Assembly (NCBI GenBank): GCA_964446395.1
Contig: CAYUOK010000002.1
Location: 1 to 49,700, forward strand
Length of the DNA: 49,700 bases
Reading direction: 5' to 3'
Origin: an uncultured Gemmatimonadaceae bacterium
GTDB lineage: Bacteria > Gemmatimonadota > Gemmatimonadetes > Gemmatimonadales > GWC2-71-9
Both the position numbers and the translations under genes were made by a program. The notes below the pieces were generated by a model. That model worked only from the letters and a program-made list of their open reading frames with translations. It made no database searches and was not told the DNA's origin. Positions 17,632-25,652 of this stretch are shown piece after piece; the first letter of the stretch is position 1, and every line of letters begins with the position of its first letter.

Positions 17632-18425
17632 GGGTGCAGCAGCAGCTTGGCGAGGAGCGTGTCGAGGATGAGGATGGTCACCGAGGTGGCCACCACCGCG
17701 GTCGTGGTCGCCTTGCCGACGCCCTCGGCGCCCTGCTGCGCGTTGAATCCCATGTAACAGGGGATGAGGGTGATGGCCCCCGCGAAGAAGAACGCCTTGA
17801 TGATGGAGTAATAGGCGTCGAACGGCCGCCAGTAGTACTGGGCGCCGTAGGTGAAGTCGGCGTTGCCGATCGGGAGCACCTGCTTGGCCGACCACCAGCC
17901 GGCCAGGACCCCGATCGCGTTCGCGAAGATGGTGAGCACCGGAATCATCACGAGCCCCGCCAGCACGCGCGGGATGATGAGGTGCGACATCGGCGAGCGG
18001 CCGAGGCTCTCCAGCGCGTCGATCTGCTCGGTGACGCGCATGGTGCCGAGTTCGGCGGCATACCGGGCCCCGATGCGCCCGGCGAGGACCAGGGCGGTCA
18101 GCACCGGCCCCAGCTCGAGCACGATGGACTCGACGACCAGCGTCCCGACCACGTAGTAGGGCAGGTTGCCCTGGAACTGGTACCCCGTCTGCAGCGCCGT
18201 GACCGCGCCCGCGAAGGACGACACCAGGAGCACGATGAAGAGGCTGCCGGCGCCGATGTTGCGGGCTTCGTCCATGGTGCGGGGGAGCCAGATCCGCCAT
18301 TCCCCGAGGACGCGGAACAACTCGGCGACCATCAGGCTGAAGCGACCGATGTGCGCCAGGGAGCCGATGACGGACCGGCCCACGGCACGGGGGAAGCTGA
18401 GAATGGCGGTCTGCGCGGTCTGCAT
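17628..18425 (-). CDS. mlaE: ABC transporter permease (MlaE-like)
   Basis: The protein is multi-TM, and 'MRVTEQIDALESLG' is the conserved MlaE motif. I chose the internal ATG ('MQTAQTAIL'). Confidence 0.9.
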   Translation of the reverse strand: MQTAQTAILSFPRAVGRSVIGSLAHIGRFSLMVAELFRVLGEWRIWLPRTMDEARNIGAGSLFIVLLVSSFAGAVTALQTGYQFQGNLPYYVVGTLVVESIVLELGPVLTALVLAGRIGARYAAELGTMRVTEQIDALESLGRSPMSHLIIPRVLAGLVMIPVLTIFANAIGVLAGWWSAKQVLPIGNADFTYGAQYYWRPFDAYYSIIKAFFFAGAITLIPCYMGFNAQQGAEGVGKATTTAVVATSVTILILDTLLAKLLLHP

Positions 18426-18445
18426 CGCTATTATCTTGCCCTCCC

Positions 18446-19135
18446 ATGCCAGCGAAGTCCACCCCGAGTCGCACACCCTCGACCGCGCCGGAGTTCCGCC
18501 GCCGGCTCCTCCGGTGGTTCCGCGAGCACGGGCGCGACCTCCCCTGGCGGCGTACCCGCGATCCCTACGCGGTGCTGGTGTCCGAATTCATGCTCCAGCA
18601 GACGCAGGTGTCGCGGGTCGAGGCGTACTGGCCGCGGTTCCTGGCCCGGTTTCCCACCGTGGACGCCCTGGCACGAGCGCGGCCGTCGGCGGTGCGGGAG
18701 AGCTGGGAGGGCCTCGGCTACTACCGGCGCGCCGCCAACCTCCACAAGCTGGCGCGGGTCGTCACCGATGAGCAGGCGGGCGCGATCCCGTCCGACACCA
18801 CAGCGCTGCGGCGGCTGCCGGGCATCGGGCGGTACACCGCCGGCGCCGTGGCGAGCTTCGCGTTCGAGCGCGCCGAGCCCGCGGTGGACACCAACGTGGC
18901 CCGGGTGCTCCGGCGGGCGTTTCACCCGCGGGCGCGCGGCGCCGCCGGCGAGCGCCGCCTCTGGGACACCGCCGCCGGGTTGCACACACGGCACGGCCGC
19001 CCGGCGTGGGCGTTCAACCAGGCGATCATGGAACTGGGAGCGCTGATCTGCACGGCGAGAGTTGCGAAGTGCGGGGAGTGTCCGGTACGGGGGGCGTGCA
19101 AGACGGGCAAGAAAGGACTGAGGACTGAGGACTGA
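18446..19135 (+). CDS. HhH-GPD base-excision glycosylase, MutY-like catalytic domain only
   Basis: 'DPYAVLVSEFMLQQTQV', 'LPGIGRYTAGAV' (HhH) and the 4Fe-4S cluster 'CTARVAKCGECPVRGAC' are present. At 229 aa there is no NUDIX-like C-terminal domain. Confidence 0.8.
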   Translation: MPAKSTPSRTPSTAPEFRRRLLRWFREHGRDLPWRRTRDPYAVLVSEFMLQQTQVSRVEAYWPRFLARFPTVDALARARPSAVRESWEGLGYYRRAANLHKLARVVTDEQAGAIPSDTTALRRLPGIGRYTAGAVASFAFERAEPAVDTNVARVLRRAFHPRARGAAGERRLWDTAAGLHTRHGRPAWAFNQAIMELGALICTARVAKCGECPVRGACKTGKKGLRTED

Positions 19136-19193
19136 GGACTGAGGACCGGCATCCTCTCGCACTCAGTCCCCAGTCCTCAGTCCCCAGTCCTCA
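19115..19193. repeat. inverted heptamer arrays forming a long hairpin between convergent genes
   Basis: (GGACTGA)x4 plus GGAC (19115-19146) is followed by a 14-nt loop and then 'ACTCAGTCCCCAGTCCTCAGTCCCCAGTCCTCA' (19161-19193). The stop codons of both flanking genes lie inside the arms. Confidence 0.85.
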
Positions 19194-20447
19194 CTTCTCG
19201 TTCGAAGCAATCTCTCCGATCATCCCCACCACTCGGTCGACCTCGTCCGGCGTGTTGTACACGTGGGTCGAGAGGCGCACGTAGTCGAGGTTGTGCTCCC
19301 CGACGAGCCGGACCCGCACCGGCCCCATCTTCCAGAGCCGCTGCACCACCTCGGCTCCCGTCACGCCGTCCACCTGGAACGAGACCATCGCGCTCCGCAC
19401 CTCGGGAGCTGCGGGCGAGACGACCCGCACTCCGGGCTGCGCCCGGAGGCCGGCGTCGAGCCGGGTCGCGAGGCCGCGGCAGCGGCGCTCCACCCGATCC
19501 GTCCCGATGGCGTTGTGGAACCCGAGCGCCGCCTGGAACCCCACCAGCAGGCTGTCGTTCCGCGTGCCCACGTGGTCGAAGCGGTCTCCCTTGAGGGCGA
19601 GATCGTCCCACCCGCCGCTGGCGATCAGCGGCCAGAGGCGGTCGATCCACTCCGGGCTGATGTAGAGGAAGCCCGAACCCTTCGGCGCCAGAAGCCACTT
19701 GTGCGGGCTCGAGGCGTAGAAGTCGCAGCCGAGGCCCTGGATGTCCACCGCGAGCATGCCGGGAGGATGGGCGCCGTCCACCACGGTGACGATGCCCCGT
19801 TCGCGCGCCCAGGCGGCCAGCCGCCGCACCGGCTGGATGGCGCCGGTGCTGAAGAAGACGTGCTGGACGCTGAGCACGCGGGTCCGCGGCCCCACCTGCG
19901 ACGTCCACGCCTCGAACAGCGCGTCCTCGCTCGGCGCCGGCACCGGCGGAGAGAACTGGCGCAGCACCAGGCCGTGCCGCGCCGCGACCAGCTCCCAGCA
20001 GCACCGTCCCCCGACATGCTCCTGCGTCGTGAGGAGAATCTCGTCCCCCGGGCGGAAATCGAGCCCGCGGGCCACGACGTTCATCCCCTCGGTCGTGTTA
20101 CGCGTGAACGCGAGGGTCTCGGGCGGAGCACCGACGAGCGTGGCGAGCTGGGCGCGAAGGGCGTGGACGTCGAAGGGCGCCTGGTGGAAGACGGTCTCGA
20201 AGGCGCGCATGTGCGCCTCGAGCGCCTCGAGTACCGGGACCGGCAGCGCGCCCCAGGTCCCGGTGTTCATGAAGATGCCGTCGGTGATCAGGAACTGCCG
20301 GCGGATCTCGGCCCAGTACGCCTCGTCGTCGGGGAAGTGACGGGGAAGCGGCACCTGCGCGCCCCGCGTGTCGGGGGTGCCGGCCCGGGGGAGCCAGGCC
20401 GCGGCCGGGAAGAGCGCCGCCGCACGCAGCAAGTCGCGTCGGTGCAT
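19191..20447 (-). CDS. class V aminotransferase-fold PLP enzyme with Tat signal
   Basis: The internal ATG gives 'MHRRDLLRAAALFPAAAWLP' (twin-Arg). The PLP lysine block is 'SSPHKWLLAPKGSGFLY'. The start overlaps the upstream gene's stop by 1 nt. Confidence 0.85.
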   Translation of the reverse strand: MHRRDLLRAAALFPAAAWLPRAGTPDTRGAQVPLPRHFPDDEAYWAEIRRQFLITDGIFMNTGTWGALPVPVLEALEAHMRAFETVFHQAPFDVHALRAQLATLVGAPPETLAFTRNTTEGMNVVARGLDFRPGDEILLTTQEHVGGRCCWELVAARHGLVLRQFSPPVPAPSEDALFEAWTSQVGPRTRVLSVQHVFFSTGAIQPVRRLAAWARERGIVTVVDGAHPPGMLAVDIQGLGCDFYASSPHKWLLAPKGSGFLYISPEWIDRLWPLIASGGWDDLALKGDRFDHVGTRNDSLLVGFQAALGFHNAIGTDRVERRCRGLATRLDAGLRAQPGVRVVSPAAPEVRSAMVSFQVDGVTGAEVVQRLWKMGPVRVRLVGEHNLDYVRLSTHVYNTPDEVDRVVGMIGEIASNEK

Positions 20448-20905
20448 CAGCGGAGCGGGAAACTCGCGGCGATCAGGGCCAGCAGTCCGAGCGAGCCGGA
20501 GATGATCGAGATGGCGACGTGCCGGCGCCGGATGGCCTGGTAGAGCGGCGCCGTCTGCCCCTCGGGCGACACCCGGGCCAGCCGCGCGATCGTCGGCATC
20601 CCGAAGGCGAGCACGATGAGCGCACCCAGGAGTCCGGCTCCCTGCATCACCAGCATCCACACGGTGGGCGCCATGCCGCTCATCGCCGAGCCGTACATCC
20701 GGAGCGAGAGCATCACCCCCGAGAGGATCATCAGGAAGGCGCCCGGGCCGATCAGCAGCTTGTGCACCGCCACCTGGCCCCTGGCGATGACGCCGAGCGC
20801 CGCCCCCGATTCCTTCTTGCCGACGATGCCGTACACCATGGAGCCGAGGCCGGCACCAAGCCACATCACCTGCCCCATGTAGTGCAGAAAGAGCCAGGTT
20901 CGCAT
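20447..20905 (-). CDS. small integral membrane protein (4 predicted TM helices)
   Basis: The internal ATG gives 'MRTWLFLHYMGQVMWLGAGLG'. There are four hydrophobic stretches, and the gene is tightly packed in the operon. Confidence 0.6.
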   Translation of the reverse strand: MRTWLFLHYMGQVMWLGAGLGSMVYGIVGKKESGAALGVIARGQVAVHKLLIGPGAFLMILSGVMLSLRMYGSAMSGMAPTVWMLVMQGAGLLGALIVLAFGMPTIARLARVSPEGQTAPLYQAIRRRHVAISIISGSLGLLALIAASFPLR

Positions 20906-20906
20906 G

Positions 20907-21347
20907 TCAGGTCGTTTCCGAGAAGAGGTGAGCGTCGATCGGCTGACGGCCGGCGAATCCGCCGTCGATGTCGTGCCAGTGGGACACACGGTGTTCGCCG
21001 TGGCGCCAGCAGAGATACACCGGGCGGTCGTCCCGCAATGAGAGAAAATCCACCAGGCCGGCATCGAAGCCCTTGAAGAGGCACCCGAGGTCGGCCAGTT
21101 CAGTCATGAGTTCCTGGATCCTGGACGCGTGCGCCTCCGCCACGAGCCGCGCGGCCATCACCGCGGGCGGCTCCGCCGCCGCCTCGTCGCCCGGTGCGCC
21201 GGGGTCCGCGGCGACGGCCAGCTCGAACCGCTCGACCGCCTGGCGCCAGGCGGCGTGTTCCGCCATGAGGTCGCCCACGATCGGGCGGACCAGCGGAAGG
21301 GCCCGGTTCGCCTCGTCCACCGTGAAGAGCCTCGGTCCGTCAGCCAT
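20907..21347 (-). CDS. DUF2203-family protein
   Basis: 'LFTVDEANRALPLVRPIV' and 'GCLFKGFDAGLVDF...YLCWRHGE' are as I recall for DUF2203. An alternative ATG lies at 21356. The start overlaps the patatin gene's stop. Confidence 0.7.
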   Translation of the reverse strand: MADGPRLFTVDEANRALPLVRPIVGDLMAEHAAWRQAVERFELAVAADPGAPGDEAAAEPPAVMAARLVAEAHASRIQELMTELADLGCLFKGFDAGLVDFLSLRDDRPVYLCWRHGEHRVSHWHDIDGGFAGRQPIDAHLFSETT

Positions 21348-22179
21348 GGTGTCCATCCTTGGCAAGCGCCTGGCGCGCGGTGTCGTATCCCGCCTGCTCA
21401 AATTCCCCGAACAGCTCGGCGGCAAAGGTGGCGCGCCGGGGGAGCGGCGGCCGGACGTGAACCAGGCGGCACCGGCCGGGGGTGGCGCGCCACCGAGCCA
21501 GGGTGTCCTGCGCCTGTTGCGCCATGAGCGCGCCCTCCCCCATGTCGTGCGCCAGCAGCAGGGCGGGTGCGCGTATGGGATGCTCGGGCTGGGGCTCGTC
21601 GAATCCCGGGCCGACATCCACCGCCACGACCAGGTCCGCCTCGAAGCCGGCCGCGACGTCGAGCGGCAGGACCGCCCGGAGCCCGCCGTCGGCCAGCCGC
21701 CGCCCACCGACCTCCGCGGGGGGATAGTACACCGGGAGAGCGGTCGTCGCCGCGAGCGCATCCTGCAGGGGCATATGGAGGCCGCCGTCGCCGAGCAGGA
21801 GCAGTTCGCGCGTGTCCACGTCCACCGTGGTGAGGGTCAGCGGGCAGGCCAGGTCGGAAAATGCCCGCTCCGGCACGAGCCGGGCGATCGTCTCCCGGAG
21901 CGGCTCGGGCCGCAACAGCGAGGGGAGCCAGAGCCCGGCCACGGGCGTCAGCGCTCGGGGCCGCGCGACTTCCGTCACCTTGACCGACCGGAATCGGCGG
22001 GACAATTCGTCGGCGGAGGCGCCGGATGCCGCGCCCGCGGCGATCACGCCGCCCATGGACGTCCCGACGTAGCGCGCCGGTCGAAGCCCCGCCTCCTCGA
22101 GTGCACGCAGCGCCCCGATCTGGGCGGCAGCCTTCGCGCCGCCGCCGCCGAACACGGCCGTCACGCGCATGGAGCTCAC
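21340..22179 (-). CDS. patatin-like phospholipase
   Basis: The oxyanion motif 'VFGGGGAKAAAQIG', the GxSxG motif 'GTSMGG' and the 'DGG' dyad Asp are present. The start is either the GTG at 22179 (GTGA overlap) or the ATG at 22170. Confidence 0.85.
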   Translation of the reverse strand: MSSMRVTAVFGGGGAKAAAQIGALRALEEAGLRPARYVGTSMGGVIAAGAASGASADELSRRFRSVKVTEVARPRALTPVAGLWLPSLLRPEPLRETIARLVPERAFSDLACPLTLTTVDVDTRELLLLGDGGLHMPLQDALAATTALPVYYPPAEVGGRRLADGGLRAVLPLDVAAGFEADLVVAVDVGPGFDEPQPEHPIRAPALLLAHDMGEGALMAQQAQDTLARWRATPGRCRLVHVRPPLPRRATFAAELFGEFEQAGYDTARQALAKDGHHG

Positions 22180-22640
22180 GGGCGGCGGAATCCCTCGCGG
22201 TGCTTGCGAGCCGCCTCGAACCGGGCCTGCTCCTCCGGCGTCTCCGCCACGAGGCGTGGCACGCGCGTCGGCTTCCCGTTCTGGTCGATGGCCACGAACA
22301 CGATGTGGGCCGTATGGGTGTGGCGGCGCTCTCCCGTGCTCACCTTTTCCGAGTACACCTCGACCGTGATGTCCATCGAGCTGTTCCCGACGTAGTCCAC
22401 CGTGCCGACGAGCGTGACCAGCGCGCCGATGGGGATCTGCTCCCTGAAGTCCACCCGGTCGATGGCTGCCGTCAGGACCGGTCCGCCCGCATGGCGGATC
22501 GCTGCCACCGCGGCGGCCTGGTCCACCATGGCCATCAGTTCTCCCCCGAACAGGCTGCCCAGCACATTCTGCATGTGCGGCATCACGAGCAGAGTGAGCT
22601 CGGCGCGGGAGTAGGACATCGGGCGTGATTCGGGGGGCAT
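22176..22640 (-). CDS. acyl-CoA thioesterase (hotdog fold)
   Basis: 'NVLGSLFGGELMAMVDQAA' and 'ITVEVYSE' are YciA/Acot-like hotdog signatures (recollection). Confidence 0.85.
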   Translation of the reverse strand: MPPESRPMSYSRAELTLLVMPHMQNVLGSLFGGELMAMVDQAAAVAAIRHAGGPVLTAAIDRVDFREQIPIGALVTLVGTVDYVGNSSMDITVEVYSEKVSTGERRHTHTAHIVFVAIDQNGKPTRVPRLVAETPEEQARFEAARKHREGFRRP

Positions 22641-22650
22641 GGCTGGTTCC

Positions 22651-24417
22651 TCAGTAATCCACGGGGCGGAGGTAGTACTCGCCGATGGCGGTCTGGCTCA
22701 GCATGGCCACCGTGGGGAGACGGCGCTTCCAGTGCGTGCCGTCGAGCCTGGCGCGAACCAGCTCGACCTCGTCCTTCGTGTACCCCATCGCCGCGACCTG
22801 TTCCGGTCGGTAGCCTGACAGGAGCCAGTGCAGGATTCCGTCCGCGCGCTCGTAGGTGATCCCGAAGTCGGTCTCGTCGGTCTGCCCCTGCACCAGGTCG
22901 GCGCTCGCCGGCTTGTCCACGATGACAGCCGGCACTCCCACATGGCGGGCCAGCGCCCAGACCTGCGTCTTGAAGAGGTCGCCGATCGGGTTGACCGGAG
23001 GCGAGTCGTCCGCGTGCCAGGTGAAGTAGCCGAACAGCCGCTCGGTCTTGTTGCCGGTGCCGATCGGCAGCGCCCGGAGCCGGGCCGACAGGTCGAACAG
23101 CGTGATCATGCGCATTCGCGCCATGATGTTGCCCAGCGCGGCTGGCGTGGGCGGCTCACCGATGGCCCCCGCGATGCCGTCCACGCCGGCGGAAATGTCC
23201 ACCGTGCGAGTCGGCAGGCCGAGCGCGTCGATCACCAGCTGCGCGTGGGCGAGGCTGTCCGGGCTGGAGGTCCGGTACGGCATCCGCACCGCGGTCACGT
23301 TCCTGGCGCCCAGTGCCTCGGCGGCCAGGTAGGCCACGAGCGCACTGTCCACACCGCCCGACAGGCCCAGCACCACGCCGTCGAAGCCCCGCCGGCGCTG
23401 CACCTCGTCGCGGATGAACTCCACGAGCCATCGGCGCGCCAACTCCGCGTTGATGGTCAGCGGGTCGGCGGCTGGCGGCGGGACGACCATCCCCGGCCTG
23501 GCCCTGCCTGCGGCACGCCCCTCCCAGGTCGCGCTCGCGGCCGCCGCGGCTCCCGGCGCGCGCCCCAGCTCCGCGAGCAGGCGAGGCAGCCGGTTCCGCA
23601 GGTCGGAAAGCAGCGGCTGGTCCGCGCGCACCCGGGTGATCTCCTCGAAGTCGAGGTCCACGCGGGTGATGCCCGACTCGAAGAGCGGGCCGCGCGCCAG
23701 GATCCTTCCCGAGGGCCCCGCCACCACCGACCCGCCGGCGAATGCCTTCCCTCCCTCGAAGCCGACCAGCTGCGCCACCGCCACGTACATCCCGTGCTCG
23801 GAAGCCGAGTCGGCGGCCAGGCGCTCCCATCGCTCCAGGTTGGCGGGGGCTTCCGGGCTGTCCAACCCTCGCGCCGGCGTGGCGCTCACCACGAGGAGCA
23901 GCTGCGCGCCATCGAGCGCCGCCAGCGTCGGCATGAGCGAATGCCAGGCGTCCTCGCAGACCAGCATCGCGGCCCGCCCCCACGCCGTGTCGAACGCGCG
24001 GACCTCCGCGCCCGCCTCCACGAATCGCTCCTCGTCGAAGACGCCATAAGTGGGAAGGAAGACTTTCCTGTGGACGTGCCGGATGAGTGGCACGCCGGCG
24101 CCGAGGCTCAGGTAGAGGCAGCTGTTGTAGTGGCAGTTCCGCCAGAGTTCGTAGAACCCGATCGCGAGGTCCACCGGCGGCGCGCCGGAGGCACGGTGCG
24201 CTTTGGCGATGTCCTCGGCGATCTGTTCGGCGGTCCGCGCCTGCTCGCGCACCCCGCCCTCGAGGAAATACCCGCTGAGCGCAGTCTCGGGGAGGAGGAG
24301 CAGGTCGGGAGGTTCGCTCAGCGCGCCGGCCTCGCGAAAGCACGCCTCGAGTTGTGCGAGATTCTCCGCGTACGCGCCCTTGCGGGGCCGGAATTGCACT
24401 ATCGCGAGGCGAAGCAT
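22651..24417 (-). CDS. nadE: glutamine-dependent NAD+ synthetase
   Basis: An N-terminal CN-hydrolase domain ('LLLLPETALSGY', 'LVCEDAWH') is joined to a C-terminal NAD synthetase P-loop ('LGLSGGVDSA'). Confidence 0.95.
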   Translation of the reverse strand: MLRLAIVQFRPRKGAYAENLAQLEACFREAGALSEPPDLLLLPETALSGYFLEGGVREQARTAEQIAEDIAKAHRASGAPPVDLAIGFYELWRNCHYNSCLYLSLGAGVPLIRHVHRKVFLPTYGVFDEERFVEAGAEVRAFDTAWGRAAMLVCEDAWHSLMPTLAALDGAQLLLVVSATPARGLDSPEAPANLERWERLAADSASEHGMYVAVAQLVGFEGGKAFAGGSVVAGPSGRILARGPLFESGITRVDLDFEEITRVRADQPLLSDLRNRLPRLLAELGRAPGAAAAASATWEGRAAGRARPGMVVPPPAADPLTINAELARRWLVEFIRDEVQRRRGFDGVVLGLSGGVDSALVAYLAAEALGARNVTAVRMPYRTSSPDSLAHAQLVIDALGLPTRTVDISAGVDGIAGAIGEPPTPAALGNIMARMRMITLFDLSARLRALPIGTGNKTERLFGYFTWHADDSPPVNPIGDLFKTQVWALARHVGVPAVIVDKPASADLVQGQTDETDFGITYERADGILHWLLSGYRPEQVAAMGYTKDEVELVRARLDGTHWKRRLPTVAMLSQTAIGEYYLRPVDY

Positions 24418-24434
24418 GCGGGTAATCTAATGGA

Positions 24435-24824
24435 ATGATCTTCTGGGTCGCATTGGGCAGCGCGCTCGGCGGGGCGGCGCGATATTCGCTCGGGGGCCTC
24501 ATCCAGCGGCTGGCACCCGGCGAGTTCCCCCTCGGCACGCTCACTATCAACGTGCTCGGATCCCTGGTGCTCGGGTTCATCGTGCGGTACGCCATGGAGA
24601 CGCCTGCCGTCGGCAGCGAGGCCCGGGCCTTCCTGACCGTCGGCCTCTGCGGCGGATTCACCACCTTCTCCACGTTCAGCTACGAGAGTGCCGTGCTCCT
24701 GGAGCGTGGCGAGTGGTCGCGCCTGGCGCTCTATGTCGGCCTGAGCCTGCTGCTCACCATCGCCGGGGTCGTGGCCGGCGGTGCGGTTGCAGGGCAGGCG
24801 CTCACCCTCAGGCGCTCGATCTAG
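24435..24824 (+). CDS. crcB: fluoride channel CrcB/FluC
   Basis: 'GTLTINVLGSLVLG' and 'GLCGGFTTFSTFS' are CrcB hallmarks. Confidence 0.9.
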   Translation: MIFWVALGSALGGAARYSLGGLIQRLAPGEFPLGTLTINVLGSLVLGFIVRYAMETPAVGSEARAFLTVGLCGGFTTFSTFSYESAVLLERGEWSRLALYVGLSLLLTIAGVVAGGAVAGQALTLRRSI

Positions 24825-24834
24825 GAGGCGCGGC

Positions 24835-25176
24835 ATGCACGGCCTGGCCGGGGAAGGCACCCTGATGCGGATCCACATCGGCGAGCGGGACAAGCACGAC
24901 GGCAAGCCGCTGCACGCCGCCATCGTCGAGCTGCTCCGGTCCAGGGGGCTGGCCGGCGCCACCGTCACGCGTGCCATCATGGGGTACGGCGCCACGGCCC
25001 GCCTTCACACGGACTCCGTCCTCCGGCTGTCGCTCGACCTGCCCATCGTGGTGGAGTGCGTGGACACGGAAGAGAAGATCCAGGCCGTGTTGCCCGATAT
25101 CGACGCGATGATGGGCGGCGGGCTCATCACGCTGGAGCGCGTGCGCATCATCGCCTATCGGGGAGATCCCCAGTGA
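24835..25176 (+). CDS. DUF190-domain protein
   Basis: AGGAGG lies 7 nt upstream of the ATG. 'LMRIHIGERDKHDGKPLHAAIVELL...GATVTRAIMGYG' matches DUF190, a family that commonly neighbours crcB. Confidence 0.8.
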   Translation: MHGLAGEGTLMRIHIGERDKHDGKPLHAAIVELLRSRGLAGATVTRAIMGYGATARLHTDSVLRLSLDLPIVVECVDTEEKIQAVLPDIDAMMGGGLITLERVRIIAYRGDPQ

Positions 25177-25646
25177 GCCCCGACGATCCGCTGCTCGCCG
25201 CCGTGTCCGGCATCGCCAACGCCTGCTGTCCGCTGCCCGGGCTCGTGACCGGCGGCCAGCCCAACGACGCGCAGTTCCGCGCCGCCCGCGCCGCCGGCGC
25301 GGTGACGGTCCTGGATATCCGCGACTCGATGGAACCGCGTCCGTTCGACGAGCCGGCCCTCGCGGCGTCCCTCGGGCTCAGGTACGTGAACATTTCGGTC
25401 ACCGGCCACTCGCTCGACGACGCGACGCTGGAAAAGATCCTGGCGGTGCTGCGCGACGAGTCCGCCGCGCCGGTGTTCTTCCACTGTGGGAGCGGGAACC
25501 GGGTGGGCGGGGCGCTGATTCCCTATTTCATGCTGGACAAGGGGATGGCAGAGGACGACGCCGTGGCGCTGGCCATGCGGATCGGGCTTCGCGGAGCGGA
25601 TCTGCTGCAGTGGGGGCTGGACTACACCCGGCGACACGCCGGGTAG
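25173..25646 (+). CDS. DUF442/TIGR01244-like putative phosphatase (Cys-loop)
   Basis: The GTG start overlaps the DUF190 stop (GTGA). A 'FHCGSGNRVG' active-site-like loop is present. Confidence 0.7.
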   Translation: MSPDDPLLAAVSGIANACCPLPGLVTGGQPNDAQFRAARAAGAVTVLDIRDSMEPRPFDEPALAASLGLRYVNISVTGHSLDDATLEKILAVLRDESAAPVFFHCGSGNRVGGALIPYFMLDKGMAEDDAVALAMRIGLRGADLLQWGLDYTRRHAG

Positions 25647-25652
25647 TCGAAC

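Noticed and set aside
16879-18474. A 531-aa ORF suggests a large fused MlaF protein.
   Set aside because: The N-terminal 281 aa are an out-of-frame read of mlaE with artefact composition. The ABC ATPase begins at the internal 'MIELRDVHKRF', whose ATG overlaps the mlaE stop.
24418-24434. A fluoride riboswitch was expected upstream of crcB.
   Set aside because: Only 17 nt separate crcB from the divergent nadE start, which is too short for the crcB motif. I could not recognise the motif by eye further upstream. A covariance-model scan would be needed for certainty.
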